DNA from: Methylorubrum extorquens
GTDB taxonomy: Bacteria; Pseudomonadota; Alphaproteobacteria; Rhizobiales; Beijerinckiaceae
Direction: 5' to 3'
DNA length: 32,000 nt
Assembly (NCBI GenBank): GCA_900234795.1
Contig: LT962688.1
Coordinates: 4,740,001 to 4,772,000, forward strand
Part shown: positions 1 to 9,222 of the stretch, in pieces
How the letters are laid out: each line of letters starts with the position of its first letter
Numbering within the stretch: the first letter of the stretch is position 1
The notes under the pieces: model-generated
Database searches by the model: none
What the model was told of the DNA's origin: nothing
The model's input: only the letters and a program-made list of their open reading frames with translations
Made by a program: the position numbers and the translations under genes

Positions 1-1625
1 CGGTCCGCCTGAAGCACTCGCGGCAGGTCCTCGGTGACCACGTGCAGGATGACGTTGCGGGCATGCAGCACGTGGTTGTGCTTCACGTTGTGCATCAAGG
101 CCCCGGGCGTGTCGCCCGGCGAGCCGGTCAGGAACACGGCCGTGCCCGGTGCCCGCAGGACCGAGCCGGTCTCGGCCATGCGCGTGAAGTTCGACAGGGG
201 AACGCGGCGCCGGTGGATCTCCTCAGCAACCAGGGCCGAACCGCGCCGCCAGGTCCACATGGCCGTCACAAGGGCCGCCCCGATGGTCAGCGGCACCCAG
301 CCGCCATGGAGCAGCTTGAGCGCGTTGGCGGACAGGAACACCAACTCGATGAGCAGGAACGGAGCGATGACCACGGCCGCCAGCACGGGTGACCAGCGCC
401 ATGCCTTCCAGGCAACGATGAAAAGCAGGCTCGCCGTGATGACCATGTCGCCAGTGACCGCAATGCCGTAGGCCGCCGCCAGCGCGCTCGACGACTTGAA
501 CAGCACCACCAGGAACACGACGGCCACGAGCAGCCACCAGTTCACCCGCGGAATGTAGATCTGCCCCTTCTCCGTCTCGGAGGTCCGCTGCACGCGCATG
601 CGCGGCAGCAACCCGAGCTGCATGGCCTGCTGGGTGATCGAGAAGGTGCCGGTGATGACGGCCTGGCTCGCGATGACGGTCGCCACGGTGGCGAGCAGCA
701 CCATCGGCAGCAGGGCCCAGGACGGGTAGAGCAGGAAGAACGGGTTCTCGATGCGCTCGGGATGGGCGAGCAGCATGGCGCCCTGTCCCAGGTAATTCAG
801 GGCGAGCGCCGGCAGGATCAGGCCGAACCATGCCGCACGGATCGGCGAACGGCCGAAATGGCCCATGTCGGCGTAGAGCGCCTCCGCTCCGGTCACGGCC
901 AGGAAGACGGCGCCGAGCGCTAGCAAGCCGGCCGTGCCATGGTTGAGTAGGAAACTGACGCCGTAGGCCGGGTTGAAGGCCGCCAGGATGCTCAGGTCGT
1001 CGGCGAGATGGCTGAGGCCGCCGAGCGCCATGACGACGAACCAGAACGCCGTGATCGGCCCGAAGAAGGTCGCCACCCGCGCCGTGCCATGGCTCTGGAC
1101 CGCGAACAGGCCGATCAGGATAGCAAGGCTGAGGGGCAGCACGTACGGCTCGAAGGCCGGGGTGACGAGCTTCAACCCTTCGACGGCGGACAGCACCGAG
1201 ATGGCCGGGGTGATGATGGCGTCGCCGTAGAACAGGGCGATGCCGACCATGCCGAGCACGATGACGAAACTTCCGGACTGGCCGAGCACCCGCTGGGCGA
1301 GCGCCACCAGGGAGGGCGTGCCGCCTTCACCCTCGTTGTCGGCGCGCATGACGAGCAGCACGTACTTCAGCGTCACGATGAGGATGAGGGCCCACAGGAT
1401 CAGCGAGACGACGCCAAACACCATGTCGCGCGTCGGGGCGTGCCCCCCGCCTGCGGCAGCGTGCAGAGATTCCTTCAGCGCGTAGAGTGGGCTGGTCCCG
1501 ATGTCGCCGTAAACGATGCCGACGGATCCGAGGGTCAGCGCCCAAAAGCTCGTCTTGGAGCCGTGGCCCGCATCGGCCGACGGCGGCGTCTGCAAGGCCG
1601 AGAGTTCAGTTGTGGAACCCGACAT
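1..1625 (-). CDS. kup: KUP/HAK/KT family potassium uptake transporter, 3' end cut by the window edge
   Basis: This minus-strand ORF is absent from the supplied track because it has no stop codon in the window. ATG at 1625 follows an SD-like GGAGGAAG (1632-1639). Translation MSGSTTELSALQTPP...FWALTLGSVGIVYGDIGTSPLYALKESL carries the KUP signature GDIGTSPLY. The frame stays open to base 1 (...VFLTGSPGDTPGALMHNVKHNHVLHARNVILHVVTEDLPRV). Confidence 0.9.
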   Translation of the reverse strand, partial: MSGSTTELSALQTPPSADAGHGSKTSFWALTLGSVGIVYGDIGTSPLYALKESLHAAAGGGHAPTRDMVFGVVSLILWALILIVTLKYVLLVMRADNEGEGGTPSLVALAQRVLGQSGSFVIVLGMVGIALFYGDAIITPAISVLSAVEGLKLVTPAFEPYVLPLSLAILIGLFAVQSHGTARVATFFGPITAFWFVVMALGGLSHLADDLSILAAFNPAYGVSFLLNHGTAGLLALGAVFLAVTGAEALYADMGHFGRSPIRAAWFGLILPALALNYLGQGAMLLAHPERIENPFFLLYPSWALLPMVLLATVATVIASQAVITGTFSITQQAMQLGLLPRMRVQRTSETEKGQIYIPRVNWWLLVAVVFLVVLFKSSSALAAAYGIAVTGDMVITASLLFIVAWKAWRWSPVLAAVVIAPFLLIELVFLSANALKLLHGGWVPLTIGAALVTAMWTWRRGSALVAEEIHRRRVPLSNFTRMAETGSVLRAPGTAVFLTGSPGDTPGALMHNVKHNHVLHARNVILHVVTEDLPRVLQAD

Positions 1626-1726
1626 CCGACGCTTCCTCCGAACACGGGCAGTTCCCGCCAGGATCGGCCTTCAACGGCCAAACGGCTCGGTTCGTTCGCG
1701 GCAAAAGCATCTTGCTCGGGCAAGCC

Positions 1727-2089
1727 TTACCATTCCCACATGCCACCCGAGGGCTGGCTCGGACATCCGAGGAACCATCGCTGCGGCCACTGACCTTCGC
1801 TCCCCGCGCCCGGTGGACTGCCGGGATCCCAGGGAAAGTTTCGGTGATCGGCAAGCCAATCCGACACGCTCGCCGGCGCGGCGGCACCGGCCTGCCCGGC
1901 CACGACCGTATCGACGACGAGCTTGGCGACATAGAGAATCAAGGCAGGGATGGCCGCGCGGGCAAGGCGCAAACCGATACTGGCGAGCGTCAGGGTACGG
2001 CTCGTCGCCCAGGCAAAGTGGAACAGGGCCGGGAGGTGCCGGAACGGACCGATCCGTGCCGCGGCTGCGCGGCGAAGCCGGGCGGTGGC
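1727..2089 (-). pseudogene. Possible remnant of the N-terminus of a fused TMD-NBD ABC exporter; no usable start codon and a non-homologous tail
   Basis: The frame open from the TAA at 2090-2092 reads ATARLRRAAAARIGPFRHLPALFHFAWATSRTLTLASIGLRLARAAIPALILYVAKLVVDTVVAG. This resembles the first TM helix region of ABC exporter permease domains. It then degenerates into Pro/Gly/Trp-rich sequence and stops after about 120 codons. The only start is the TTG at 1972. Confidence 0.3.
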
Positions 2090-2349
2090 TTATGGAAACA
2101 AACGCACTGCGCGCCGCTCGGGCGTTCCCTGCTGTATCGAAGGACAACGAACACGTCCCGTACGGGATTGCCACGCGTTCCGGGGCGGTCACGACACGCG
2201 ACACGATGGCGCCCGCGATCCGGCGGCTGCCCCCTCAACGGAGTCTACCGTCGATGTGCGGGTCGGTCTTCGCGGCCTCACTGAGTCGGCATTGAAGCTG
2301 CGGCATCAGGCTCTGCGCACCACCTCGAACCAAGTCGGCGGCGCATCTG

Positions 2350-3045
2350 TTGGGGCACCATCATCGGCAGCTTCAACGGTGGGCTCTGACCGTGTCTGCA
2401 ACCCGGATCTCCTCGCCCGAACTGCCCGAGCTGCCAGCCGAGGCATTCACGAAACATGACCCCTCGCCCGATTCCCGCTTCTACAGGGAGCCGCGCTTCG
2501 TCACGCATATCGATGAGCCGGCCATTGCCGCGGTGACGCGCCTGTACGCCGAACTACTCCCCTCGGGCGGCATCATCCTCGACATGATGTCGAGTTGGGT
2601 CAGCCACCTTCCCCCGGAGAAAGCCTTCGCGGCGGTGATCGGCCATGGCTTGAACCAGCGCGAACTCGACGCCAACCCACGGCTGACACGACGCTTCGTG
2701 CAAGATCTGAATGCCGACCCGCATCTCCCCATCGAGAGCGCGAGCGTCGACGCGGCGCTGATCTGCGTGTCGGTGCAGTACCTCCAGCAACCGGTGACGG
2801 TGCTGTCGGAGGTTGCGCGCGTGCTCCGCCCAGGATCGCCGGTCATCGTCAGCTTCTCGAACCGCTGTTTCCCGACCAAGGCTGTCGCGATCTGGACGGC
2901 TCTCGATGCGATGGGGCACGCGCAACTCGTCGATCTGTATCTGCGACGCGCAGGTTTTGCGCGAACCGAAACACGGGTCCTGATCCCGGATGGTGGCCCG
3001 AGCGATCCGATGACGGCTGCGGTCGGCTGGTTCGCACCGGAATGA
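2350..3045 (+). CDS. Class I SAM-dependent methyltransferase-like protein
   Basis: 231-aa ORF (TTG at 2350; an alternative GTG at 2392 gives VSATRISSPELPELPAEAF). It has a motif I-like GGIILDMMSSWVSHL and a downstream acidic loop DAALICVSVQYL, typical of type 11/12 methyltransferase folds. Amino-acid composition looks protein-like. Confidence 0.7.
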   Translation: MGHHHRQLQRWALTVSATRISSPELPELPAEAFTKHDPSPDSRFYREPRFVTHIDEPAIAAVTRLYAELLPSGGIILDMMSSWVSHLPPEKAFAAVIGHGLNQRELDANPRLTRRFVQDLNADPHLPIESASVDAALICVSVQYLQQPVTVLSEVARVLRPGSPVIVSFSNRCFPTKAVAIWTALDAMGHAQLVDLYLRRAGFARTETRVLIPDGGPSDPMTAAVGWFAPE

Positions 3046-3317
3046 CGGGCCATTCGGCTCGGGAACGGTAAAACAAGCATCACTTGGGCTTAAACGGCGG
3101 CTTGGGGCCGATGAGGCGGCCGAGGTTCCACGGTCGGCGGGTGGTGCCGCTGGCTGAAGGCATGATGGAACTCCGTTTTGGAAGCCATCAACATCACACC
3201 CCGATCCGCCCGCGCCGCAGCTGCGCGCTTCGAGCTGAAGTCGTGTCGTTGCCTCCGAGCAGGCGTGCCGCCACGAAAGGGCATGCGGTCGGCACCGGCT
3301 CCCCTTAAAAGAGCCCC

Positions 3318-3953
3318 ATGTCCGATGCCCTGTTTTCGCCGGCCGCGGCCCGCAACGCCGCCCCGATCGTCGAGGTCCTCAAGCGCGTTCTCCCGCCCCG
3401 CGGCCTTGTCCTCGAGATCGCGAGCGGGTCGGGCGAGCACGCCGCTCACTTCGCTCGTGCGCTCCCCGCACGCGTCTGGATGCCCAGCGATCCGGATGAG
3501 GCGGCCCGTCGCAGTATCGTCGCCCACGCCCGCGCCGCCGGGCTGGCGAACATCCGATTGCCACTGGCGATCGACGCGACCCGTCAGCCGTGGCCGGTGA
3601 CACGGGTGGACGCGGTTGTCGCGATCAACATGATCCATATCGCCCCCTGGGACGCGACCATCGGGCTGATGGCTGGCGCGGAAGCGACGCTCCCGGAGGG
3701 GGGTATCCTCTACCTCTACGGTCCTTTTCGGGAGGATGGCGCCCACACCGCGCCGAGCAACGCCGCGTTCGACGACAGCCTGCGCGCGAGGAATGCCTCC
3801 TGGGGCGTCCGCGATCTCGAGGCGGTCGCGGCGGCCGGCCGAGCGCACGATCTGCATTTGGTCGAACGCGTCCCGATGCCGGCCAACAACCTCAGTCTGA
3901 TTTTTCACCGAGGGTACCGAGGCTCCGCTGTTGACAGGGAGTTCACGCCTTGA
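3318..3953 (+). CDS. DUF938 family protein (methyltransferase fold)
   Basis: The ATG ORF begins SPAAARNAAPIVEVLKRVLPPRGLVLEIASGSGEHAAHFA and continues INMIHIAPW...LYLYGPF...APSNAAFDDSLRARNASWGVRDLE. This matches my recollection of DUF938 proteins. Its stop overlaps the next gene start by 4 nt. Confidence 0.8.
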   Translation: MSDALFSPAAARNAAPIVEVLKRVLPPRGLVLEIASGSGEHAAHFARALPARVWMPSDPDEAARRSIVAHARAAGLANIRLPLAIDATRQPWPVTRVDAVVAINMIHIAPWDATIGLMAGAEATLPEGGILYLYGPFREDGAHTAPSNAAFDDSLRARNASWGVRDLEAVAAAGRAHDLHLVERVPMPANNLSLIFHRGYRGSAVDREFTP

Positions 3954-4678
3954 CCGCCTCGCGCCAGACCAGCGCGGTCATCGTCGGTGCGTCCGGCGGC
4001 ATAGGCGGGGCCTTGATCCGCGCGCTCGCCGAGTCTGCTGCCTACGCGCCCATCTTCGCGCTCTCGCGCTCGGAATCGTCTGTCCCGCAGGGCGTCCGAA
4101 CCCTCCCGATCGACCTAACCGACGAGGCGACGCTTGCGGCGGCGGCGGTCAGGGTCGGCGAAGCCGGACCGGTCGGCCTGGTCATCGTCGCCACCGGCCT
4201 TCTTCACCGGACAGGCGTCTCGCCCGAGAAGACGGTCAAGGCGCTCGATCCCACCGCGATGGCCACCGTCTTCTCCGTCAACACGATCGGCCCAGCGCTC
4301 GTCGCCAAGCATTTCGTGCCTCTGCTGGCGCAACGGGAGCGATGCGTGTTTGCGGCCTTGTCGGCGCGGGTCGGATCGATCGGCGATAACCGACTTGGCG
4401 GCTGGTACGCCTACCGCGCCTCGAAGTCGGCGCTGAACCAGATTCTGCGAACGCTCGCGATCGAGGTTGCCCGCAGTCGACCGGAGGCGATCGTCGTGGG
4501 CCTGCATCCGGGCACGGTCGCCTCCGGCCTGTCGCGGCCCTTCCGGCCGGACCCGACGGCCGACGGCGTCTTCTCTCCTGAGGAGAGCGCGTCGCATCTC
4601 CTGCGCGTACTGAACGGCCTCAGCGCGGACGACACCGGCGGCGTCTTCGGCTGGGACGGCTCGCCGATCCCCGCCTGA
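3950..4678 (+). CDS. SDR family oxidoreductase (C-factor/CsgA-like short-chain dehydrogenase)
   Basis: The TTG start overlaps the upstream stop. It has a Rossmann motif VIVGASGGIGGAL and the catalytic YRASKSALN (YxxxK). Confidence 0.85.
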   Translation: MTASRQTSAVIVGASGGIGGALIRALAESAAYAPIFALSRSESSVPQGVRTLPIDLTDEATLAAAAVRVGEAGPVGLVIVATGLLHRTGVSPEKTVKALDPTAMATVFSVNTIGPALVAKHFVPLLAQRERCVFAALSARVGSIGDNRLGGWYAYRASKSALNQILRTLAIEVARSRPEAIVVGLHPGTVASGLSRPFRPDPTADGVFSPEESASHLLRVLNGLSADDTGGVFGWDGSPIPA

Positions 4679-4981
4679 GCGCGGTCTCGGCGCGAACGGA
4701 TGCCCTGGGGCGACGCCGTACGATCGTCGGGAGCCGGGCTCGCTTACGACATGCGACACTTCCGGACCTTCGCTCTCGCACGGCAGTCGGTCCGCTGCTG
4801 ACGCGTGAACGGGCGTAAAACGTGTTGATCGCGAGGCGCTTCAGCGATGCGTCTCTTTGCTCGGCGCACGACGGACGCCGCCGATACCGCGGGAAGCGGT
4901 TGCGCTCGCTGAAGGCGAAACAAATCGCGCCCCGCCGTCCTTGTATGTTCATTGGAAGAGGCGGCCTTGGCGGACGCAACC

Positions 4982-6484
4982 ATGCCTGATCTGGAGGAAA
5001 CAGCTCGTTCTAACGCACTGGGCCGCTACGCGATCTTAGACACGGCTCCAGAGCCGGCCTTCGACGACCTTGTGCTCCTCGCCTCGCGGATCTGCGAGGC
5101 GCCTGTCGCACTCATCAGCCTTGTTGGATCAGATCGGCAGTGGTTCAAGGCCCGCATCGGCCTTGCCCCTTCCGAAATGCCCATCGAGCAATCGGTCTGC
5201 CGTCATGCTTTGAAGCAGGCCGGACTCTTCGTGATCCCGGACCTGACGCTCGATCCGCGGACCTCCGGCAACCCTCTCGTCACGGGCGAACCTCACATCC
5301 GGTTCTACGCCGGAGCACAACTGGTGACTTCGGACGGTGTCGCATTCGGCACGATCTGTGTCATCGACACCAAGCCGCGGCCGGAAGGCCTTACGGATAA
5401 CCAGGCCAGCAGCCTTGAGGCCCTCGCCCGGCAGGCCATGTCACAGATGGAGCTCCGTCGCGTGATCGCTGAGCGCGCTGAGACGGCGCTGCGCAGGAGC
5501 GAGGAACGGTTCCAGGCTTTGGCCAACCTTGTTCCCGGCTTTCTCTGGAGCAGTGATCTTGTCGGTCGAGCAACGTGGTTCAGCGAGCGCTGGTACGAGT
5601 ATTCCGGCCAATCTGAACCGGAGGCTCTCGGCTATGGCTGGCAGACGGTGATCCACCCAGACGAGCGCGAGTACACAATCACGGGCTTCCGGGCCGCCAT
5701 GGATCAGGAACGGCCATATAGCCGTGAATACCGCATTCGCGGGAAGGATGGCATCTACCGCTGGTTCATGGTCCGTGCTGAGCCGATACGGGATGCTGCT
5801 GGGCAGATCGATCGCTGCTACGGAGCGGTCACGGACATCCACGATCTGCATGAGCTGCAGCAGCGTCAAGCGGTGCTGGTGGATGAGCTGCAGCACCGCA
5901 CCCGCAATCTGCTCGCCGTGGTGCGCTCGATCGCGCAGCAAACGATGACCCAGACTGGTCCGACCGAACAGTTTTGCGACCGGTTCAACGACCGTCTCGC
6001 GGCGCTCTCACGGGTGCAGGGTCTACTCTCACGTTCCGACAAGGAGCCGATCACCATCCAGGCGTTGATCCAGATCGAGCTCGACGCGTTCGGGGCTGCC
6101 GCGATGCAGGCGCGAGTGGCGCTGAAGGGCCCGCCGGTTCGCCTGCGCAAGGTCAGCGTGCAGACACTCGCTCTCGCTCTGCACGAGTTGGCCACCAATG
6201 CGCGCAAGTACGGCTCTCTCGCCAACGAGCAGGGGAGGCTCTGGGTGAGCTGGGATACCTACAGGGGAGAGGACGAAGAGCGGCGGCTATCGCTGGTTTG
6301 GCAGGAAGAGGGTATCCGCCGGCCCCAGGAAGGCAGTCCGATCCGGCGGGGCTACGGGCGTGACCTGATCGAGAAGGCGCTGCCCTACGCACTGAAGGCC
6401 CGCACGAGCTACGAACTCAGTGAGGCTCAACTGCGCTGTGTCATCGACCTACCGCTCACCGATGGCGCGAAGAAACGGCCTTGA
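4982..6484 (+). CDS. GAF-PAS sensor histidine kinase of the HWE family
   Basis: N-terminal GAF-like segment (RYAILDTAPEPAFDDLVLLASRICEAPVALISLV...FYAG). PAS segment (FQALANLVPGFLWSSD...YRIRGKDGIYRWF). HWE H-box ELQHRTRNLLAVV, N-box HELATNARKYGSL and WxE (LVWQEEG). The longest ORF starts at TTG 4952; the first ATG is at 4982. Confidence 0.85.
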   Translation: MPDLEETARSNALGRYAILDTAPEPAFDDLVLLASRICEAPVALISLVGSDRQWFKARIGLAPSEMPIEQSVCRHALKQAGLFVIPDLTLDPRTSGNPLVTGEPHIRFYAGAQLVTSDGVAFGTICVIDTKPRPEGLTDNQASSLEALARQAMSQMELRRVIAERAETALRRSEERFQALANLVPGFLWSSDLVGRATWFSERWYEYSGQSEPEALGYGWQTVIHPDEREYTITGFRAAMDQERPYSREYRIRGKDGIYRWFMVRAEPIRDAAGQIDRCYGAVTDIHDLHELQQRQAVLVDELQHRTRNLLAVVRSIAQQTMTQTGPTEQFCDRFNDRLAALSRVQGLLSRSDKEPITIQALIQIELDAFGAAAMQARVALKGPPVRLRKVSVQTLALALHELATNARKYGSLANEQGRLWVSWDTYRGEDEERRLSLVWQEEGIRRPQEGSPIRRGYGRDLIEKALPYALKARTSYELSEAQLRCVIDLPLTDGAKKRP

Positions 6485-6658
6485 AGATCTCCGCGGCAAG
6501 CTTGCCGGCACGTCAGCTTTGGACGTTCATCGCGAGCGCATCGAGCTTCCGCTTCCGATCCCTGCGGACATCTCAAGTTTGCGGCGCACATAGACTCATC
6601 TTTCTAAGTGCGGCGAGCGCTAGAAGCGCCGTAGCGACAACGAACTGGGGGCAGGCCA

Positions 6659-7714
6659 CTAGCGCGGCAGCACCTTTGCCTCCTGCAGGCGGCGAATGGC
6701 GGACACCAGCGCCTCGACGCTGTCGACACTCTCGCCGAACCCGGCGCGCCGGATCTTGCCCATGTCGGAGACGAGGTCGAAGTCGCTGTGAAACACGAAG
6801 TCTCCGAAGCCCCAGCCGACCGCACGCTCGTAGGGCATGTCGCTCAAGCCCTGTTCCGCCACCAGCTTCTCCCAGGCCGGCTTCTTGTCCGCCATGTGGG
6901 TGGCGAGGCGCATGGGAACCGGCGGCCCGAGCGGCAGATCGAGCGCGGTGGCGAGCTTCTCCCAGACCCGCCGCCACCGGAAAGGCTCGTGTACGTAGTT
7001 GAAGGCCTCGCCGCGCGCGGCGTCCGCTGTCGCAGCCCAAAGGCTTGCCCGGCCAAGGGCGCGGGCATCTGTTACCTGGGCGAACACGCCCTCGTAGACG
7101 TGCGTGGGACCAGGGAAACGGAACGCTGCCCCTTCCATACGGCACAGGGCGGCGTAGGCGCCGATCACCATGGCGATGTTCATGGCGTTACCGGCTGCGT
7201 CGCCGACCACCACGTCGGGGCGCAGGATCGACCACGCCGCACCGCCGCGCTCCGCCCGACGCCGCAACACGTCCTCCTGCGTGAAGTAGAAGTTCGGCCC
7301 GATGTGGCGCGGGTTCTCGTCTTCGTAGAACGGTGCAGGAACCGGCCCGAGGTGGACGCCATAGACCTTCGCGCCCTGATACAGGACCACGCGCTCCAGC
7401 GGCGCGCCGACGGCGTCCAGCCCGTCGAGGAGGTTGCGCAGCATCGCGCCGTTCACCCGATCCTCTTCGGCGAGGCTCGGATGCGGCGCGAGCGCGGCGT
7501 AGAACAGGTGCGTCGTATCTCGGGCCTGCGCGAGGGCGGCGCGGGTCGTGTGCGGATCGGTGAGATCCGCCGCGATGTCCTCGCTCGATCCGTGCGGTCG
7601 ACGCGAGAGGGCGCGCGCGTGCCAACCATCCGCTGCCGCGAGTTCCTGCATCAGCGCCTTGCCGATGATGCCATTCGCGCCCGCAACCAGGGCCCTTCGG
7701 ATCTCTGCCATCAT
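6659..7714 (-). CDS. NAD-dependent epimerase/dehydratase family SDR (5-beta-reductase-like)
   Basis: 351-aa ORF with the N-terminal dinucleotide motif ALVAGANGIIGKAL and a long extended-SDR-like body. The opposite-strand ORF 6788..8239 is Arg/Gly-rich and implausible. Confidence 0.8.
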   Translation of the reverse strand: MMAEIRRALVAGANGIIGKALMQELAAADGWHARALSRRPHGSSEDIAADLTDPHTTRAALAQARDTTHLFYAALAPHPSLAEEDRVNGAMLRNLLDGLDAVGAPLERVVLYQGAKVYGVHLGPVPAPFYEDENPRHIGPNFYFTQEDVLRRRAERGGAAWSILRPDVVVGDAAGNAMNIAMVIGAYAALCRMEGAAFRFPGPTHVYEGVFAQVTDARALGRASLWAATADAARGEAFNYVHEPFRWRRVWEKLATALDLPLGPPVPMRLATHMADKKPAWEKLVAEQGLSDMPYERAVGWGFGDFVFHSDFDLVSDMGKIRRAGFGESVDSVEALVSAIRRLQEAKVLPR

Positions 7715-7920
7715 CGCTCGCGTGGGTGCCGGGGACCGATGCGCTCTGCTGTGCCGCTGCGGGCCGAACGACGCGCAGCCAACATGCGGTCAACCCACCG
7801 GAGCAAGATCCGTTCGAGAGCCGGAGTCTTCGCGTGCTCGACCGCGCTCCACAGAGGCAGCGCTTGCCTACGGCTCGGTCTTGATGAACTTGGGCCGTTG
7901 AAGGCTCGAAGAGGCGCCTC

Positions 7921-8964
7921 ATGCAGCAGGACGAGGCGGAAGGCGAGGATTGGCGATCCGTCAGCACGCGAGGGCCTGACGAGCGGAGCATCGGCGTCGC
8001 GCTCACCAGATCGCGTGAGCCCAACCGTGGCCGCACGGCTGATCAGCCCACCGACATTCCGGCTCTTGGCTGGCGGGACATCCTCTGGCGGGTCGTCCTC
8101 TCCCTACAGCGCGATCGGGTTCTCGCGACGGCGGGCGGTGTCGCATTCTTCGCCCTGCTCGCAGTCTTTCCCGCGCTCGCCACGATCGTTTCGCTCTACG
8201 GCCTGTTCTCGGACCCGACAGCGATCGGACAGCACCTGAGCCTGCTTGCAGGCGTTCTGCCGAACGGCGTGCTCGATCTGCTGTCGGAGCAACTCGTCCG
8301 CATCGCCCGGCAGAGTACGGGTGCTCTCAGCACCGCCTCGCTGCTCAGCGTGATCATCGCATTCTGGAGCGCGAATTCGGGGGTGAGCGCGCTGTTCGAT
8401 GCGCTCAACGTGATCTACCGAGAGCGCGAGAAGCGATCGCTGGTGGGCTTCTACGTAACCACCTTCCTGTTCACCCTGACCGGCATCGTCTTCGTTCTCG
8501 CGTCGACCGGCATGGTGGTGATCCTACCGATCGTACTGAGCCGCATAGGCTTGGGCGGACTTGCCGATACAGCGCTTCGCATCCTGCGCTGGCCTGCCCT
8601 CCTGCTGCTCGTTAGCATGAGCCTGTCACTGACCTATCGCTATGGCCCGAGCCGACGAGAGGCGAAATGGCGCTGGGTCAGCTGGGGCAGCGTCGCCGCC
8701 TCTCTCTCCTGGGTCTGCACCTCTGTTCTGTTCTCTTGGTACGTGGCCAGTTTCGACAGCTACAACCGTGTCTACGGATCGCTCGGTGCCGGCGTCGGAT
8801 TCATGACTTGGATCTGGCTGTCCGTTGTCATCGTGCTGCTTGGGGCGGAACTGAACGCCGAGATGGAGCGCCAGACTGCCCGTGATAGCACCGCGGGGCG
8901 ACCCAAGCCCCTCGGATCACGCCAAGCCTTCACGGCCGACACCGTTGGTCCGGCCCAGGATTGA
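7921..8964 (+). CDS. YihY/BrkB (virulence factor BrkB / former RNase BN) family inner-membrane protein
   Basis: GWRDILWRVVLSLQRDRVLATAGGVAFFALLAVFPALATIVSLYGLF is followed by several TM helices and a C-terminal GAELNAEMERQ. This is the typical YihY architecture. Confidence 0.85.
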   Translation: MQQDEAEGEDWRSVSTRGPDERSIGVALTRSREPNRGRTADQPTDIPALGWRDILWRVVLSLQRDRVLATAGGVAFFALLAVFPALATIVSLYGLFSDPTAIGQHLSLLAGVLPNGVLDLLSEQLVRIARQSTGALSTASLLSVIIAFWSANSGVSALFDALNVIYREREKRSLVGFYVTTFLFTLTGIVFVLASTGMVVILPIVLSRIGLGGLADTALRILRWPALLLLVSMSLSLTYRYGPSRREAKWRWVSWGSVAASLSWVCTSVLFSWYVASFDSYNRVYGSLGAGVGFMTWIWLSVVIVLLGAELNAEMERQTARDSTAGRPKPLGSRQAFTADTVGPAQD

Positions 8965-9222
8965 AGCACGTGCCGGGCGGTTCCGTTCACAGAGGTGGGT
9001 TGGGTCGCGCGGACCTCCTGCTTCACACCAAATACACCGAATGCGAATTCCTGACCCCGAGCAGCCATTTGCGCCGATGCCGGTCAAGGTCCGGTTGAGC
9101 CGCAAAAGCGGTCTCTCAGTCGTTCGCGGGTGAGTGCGGAACTCTCAAGTCGTGAGCAGATGGGCTGGGCCTTTCAACGAGGTCCAGCGCAAGCGCACCG
9201 GTTCGCAGAAAGCGCGCGAACG

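Noticed and set aside
223-831. 202-aa minus-strand ORF, together with the plus-strand ORFs 34..471, 1008..1793 and others, all overlapping the kup region
   Set aside because: They are Arg/Pro/Gly/His-rich with no motifs, which is typical of off-frame ORFs in high-GC DNA. The kup frame (GDIGTSPLY and so on) explains the whole region.
3090-3908. 272-aa minus-strand ORF opposite the DUF938 gene
   Set aside because: Its composition is Arg/Gly/Asp/Ala-biased and it is antisense to a gene with a recognisable family pattern.
6788-8239. 483-aa plus-strand ORF spanning the epimerase gene, the intergenic region and the yihY start
   Set aside because: It is antisense or off-frame to two well-supported genes. 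Its composition is dominated by Arg/Gly/Ala/Pro and I recognise no domain.
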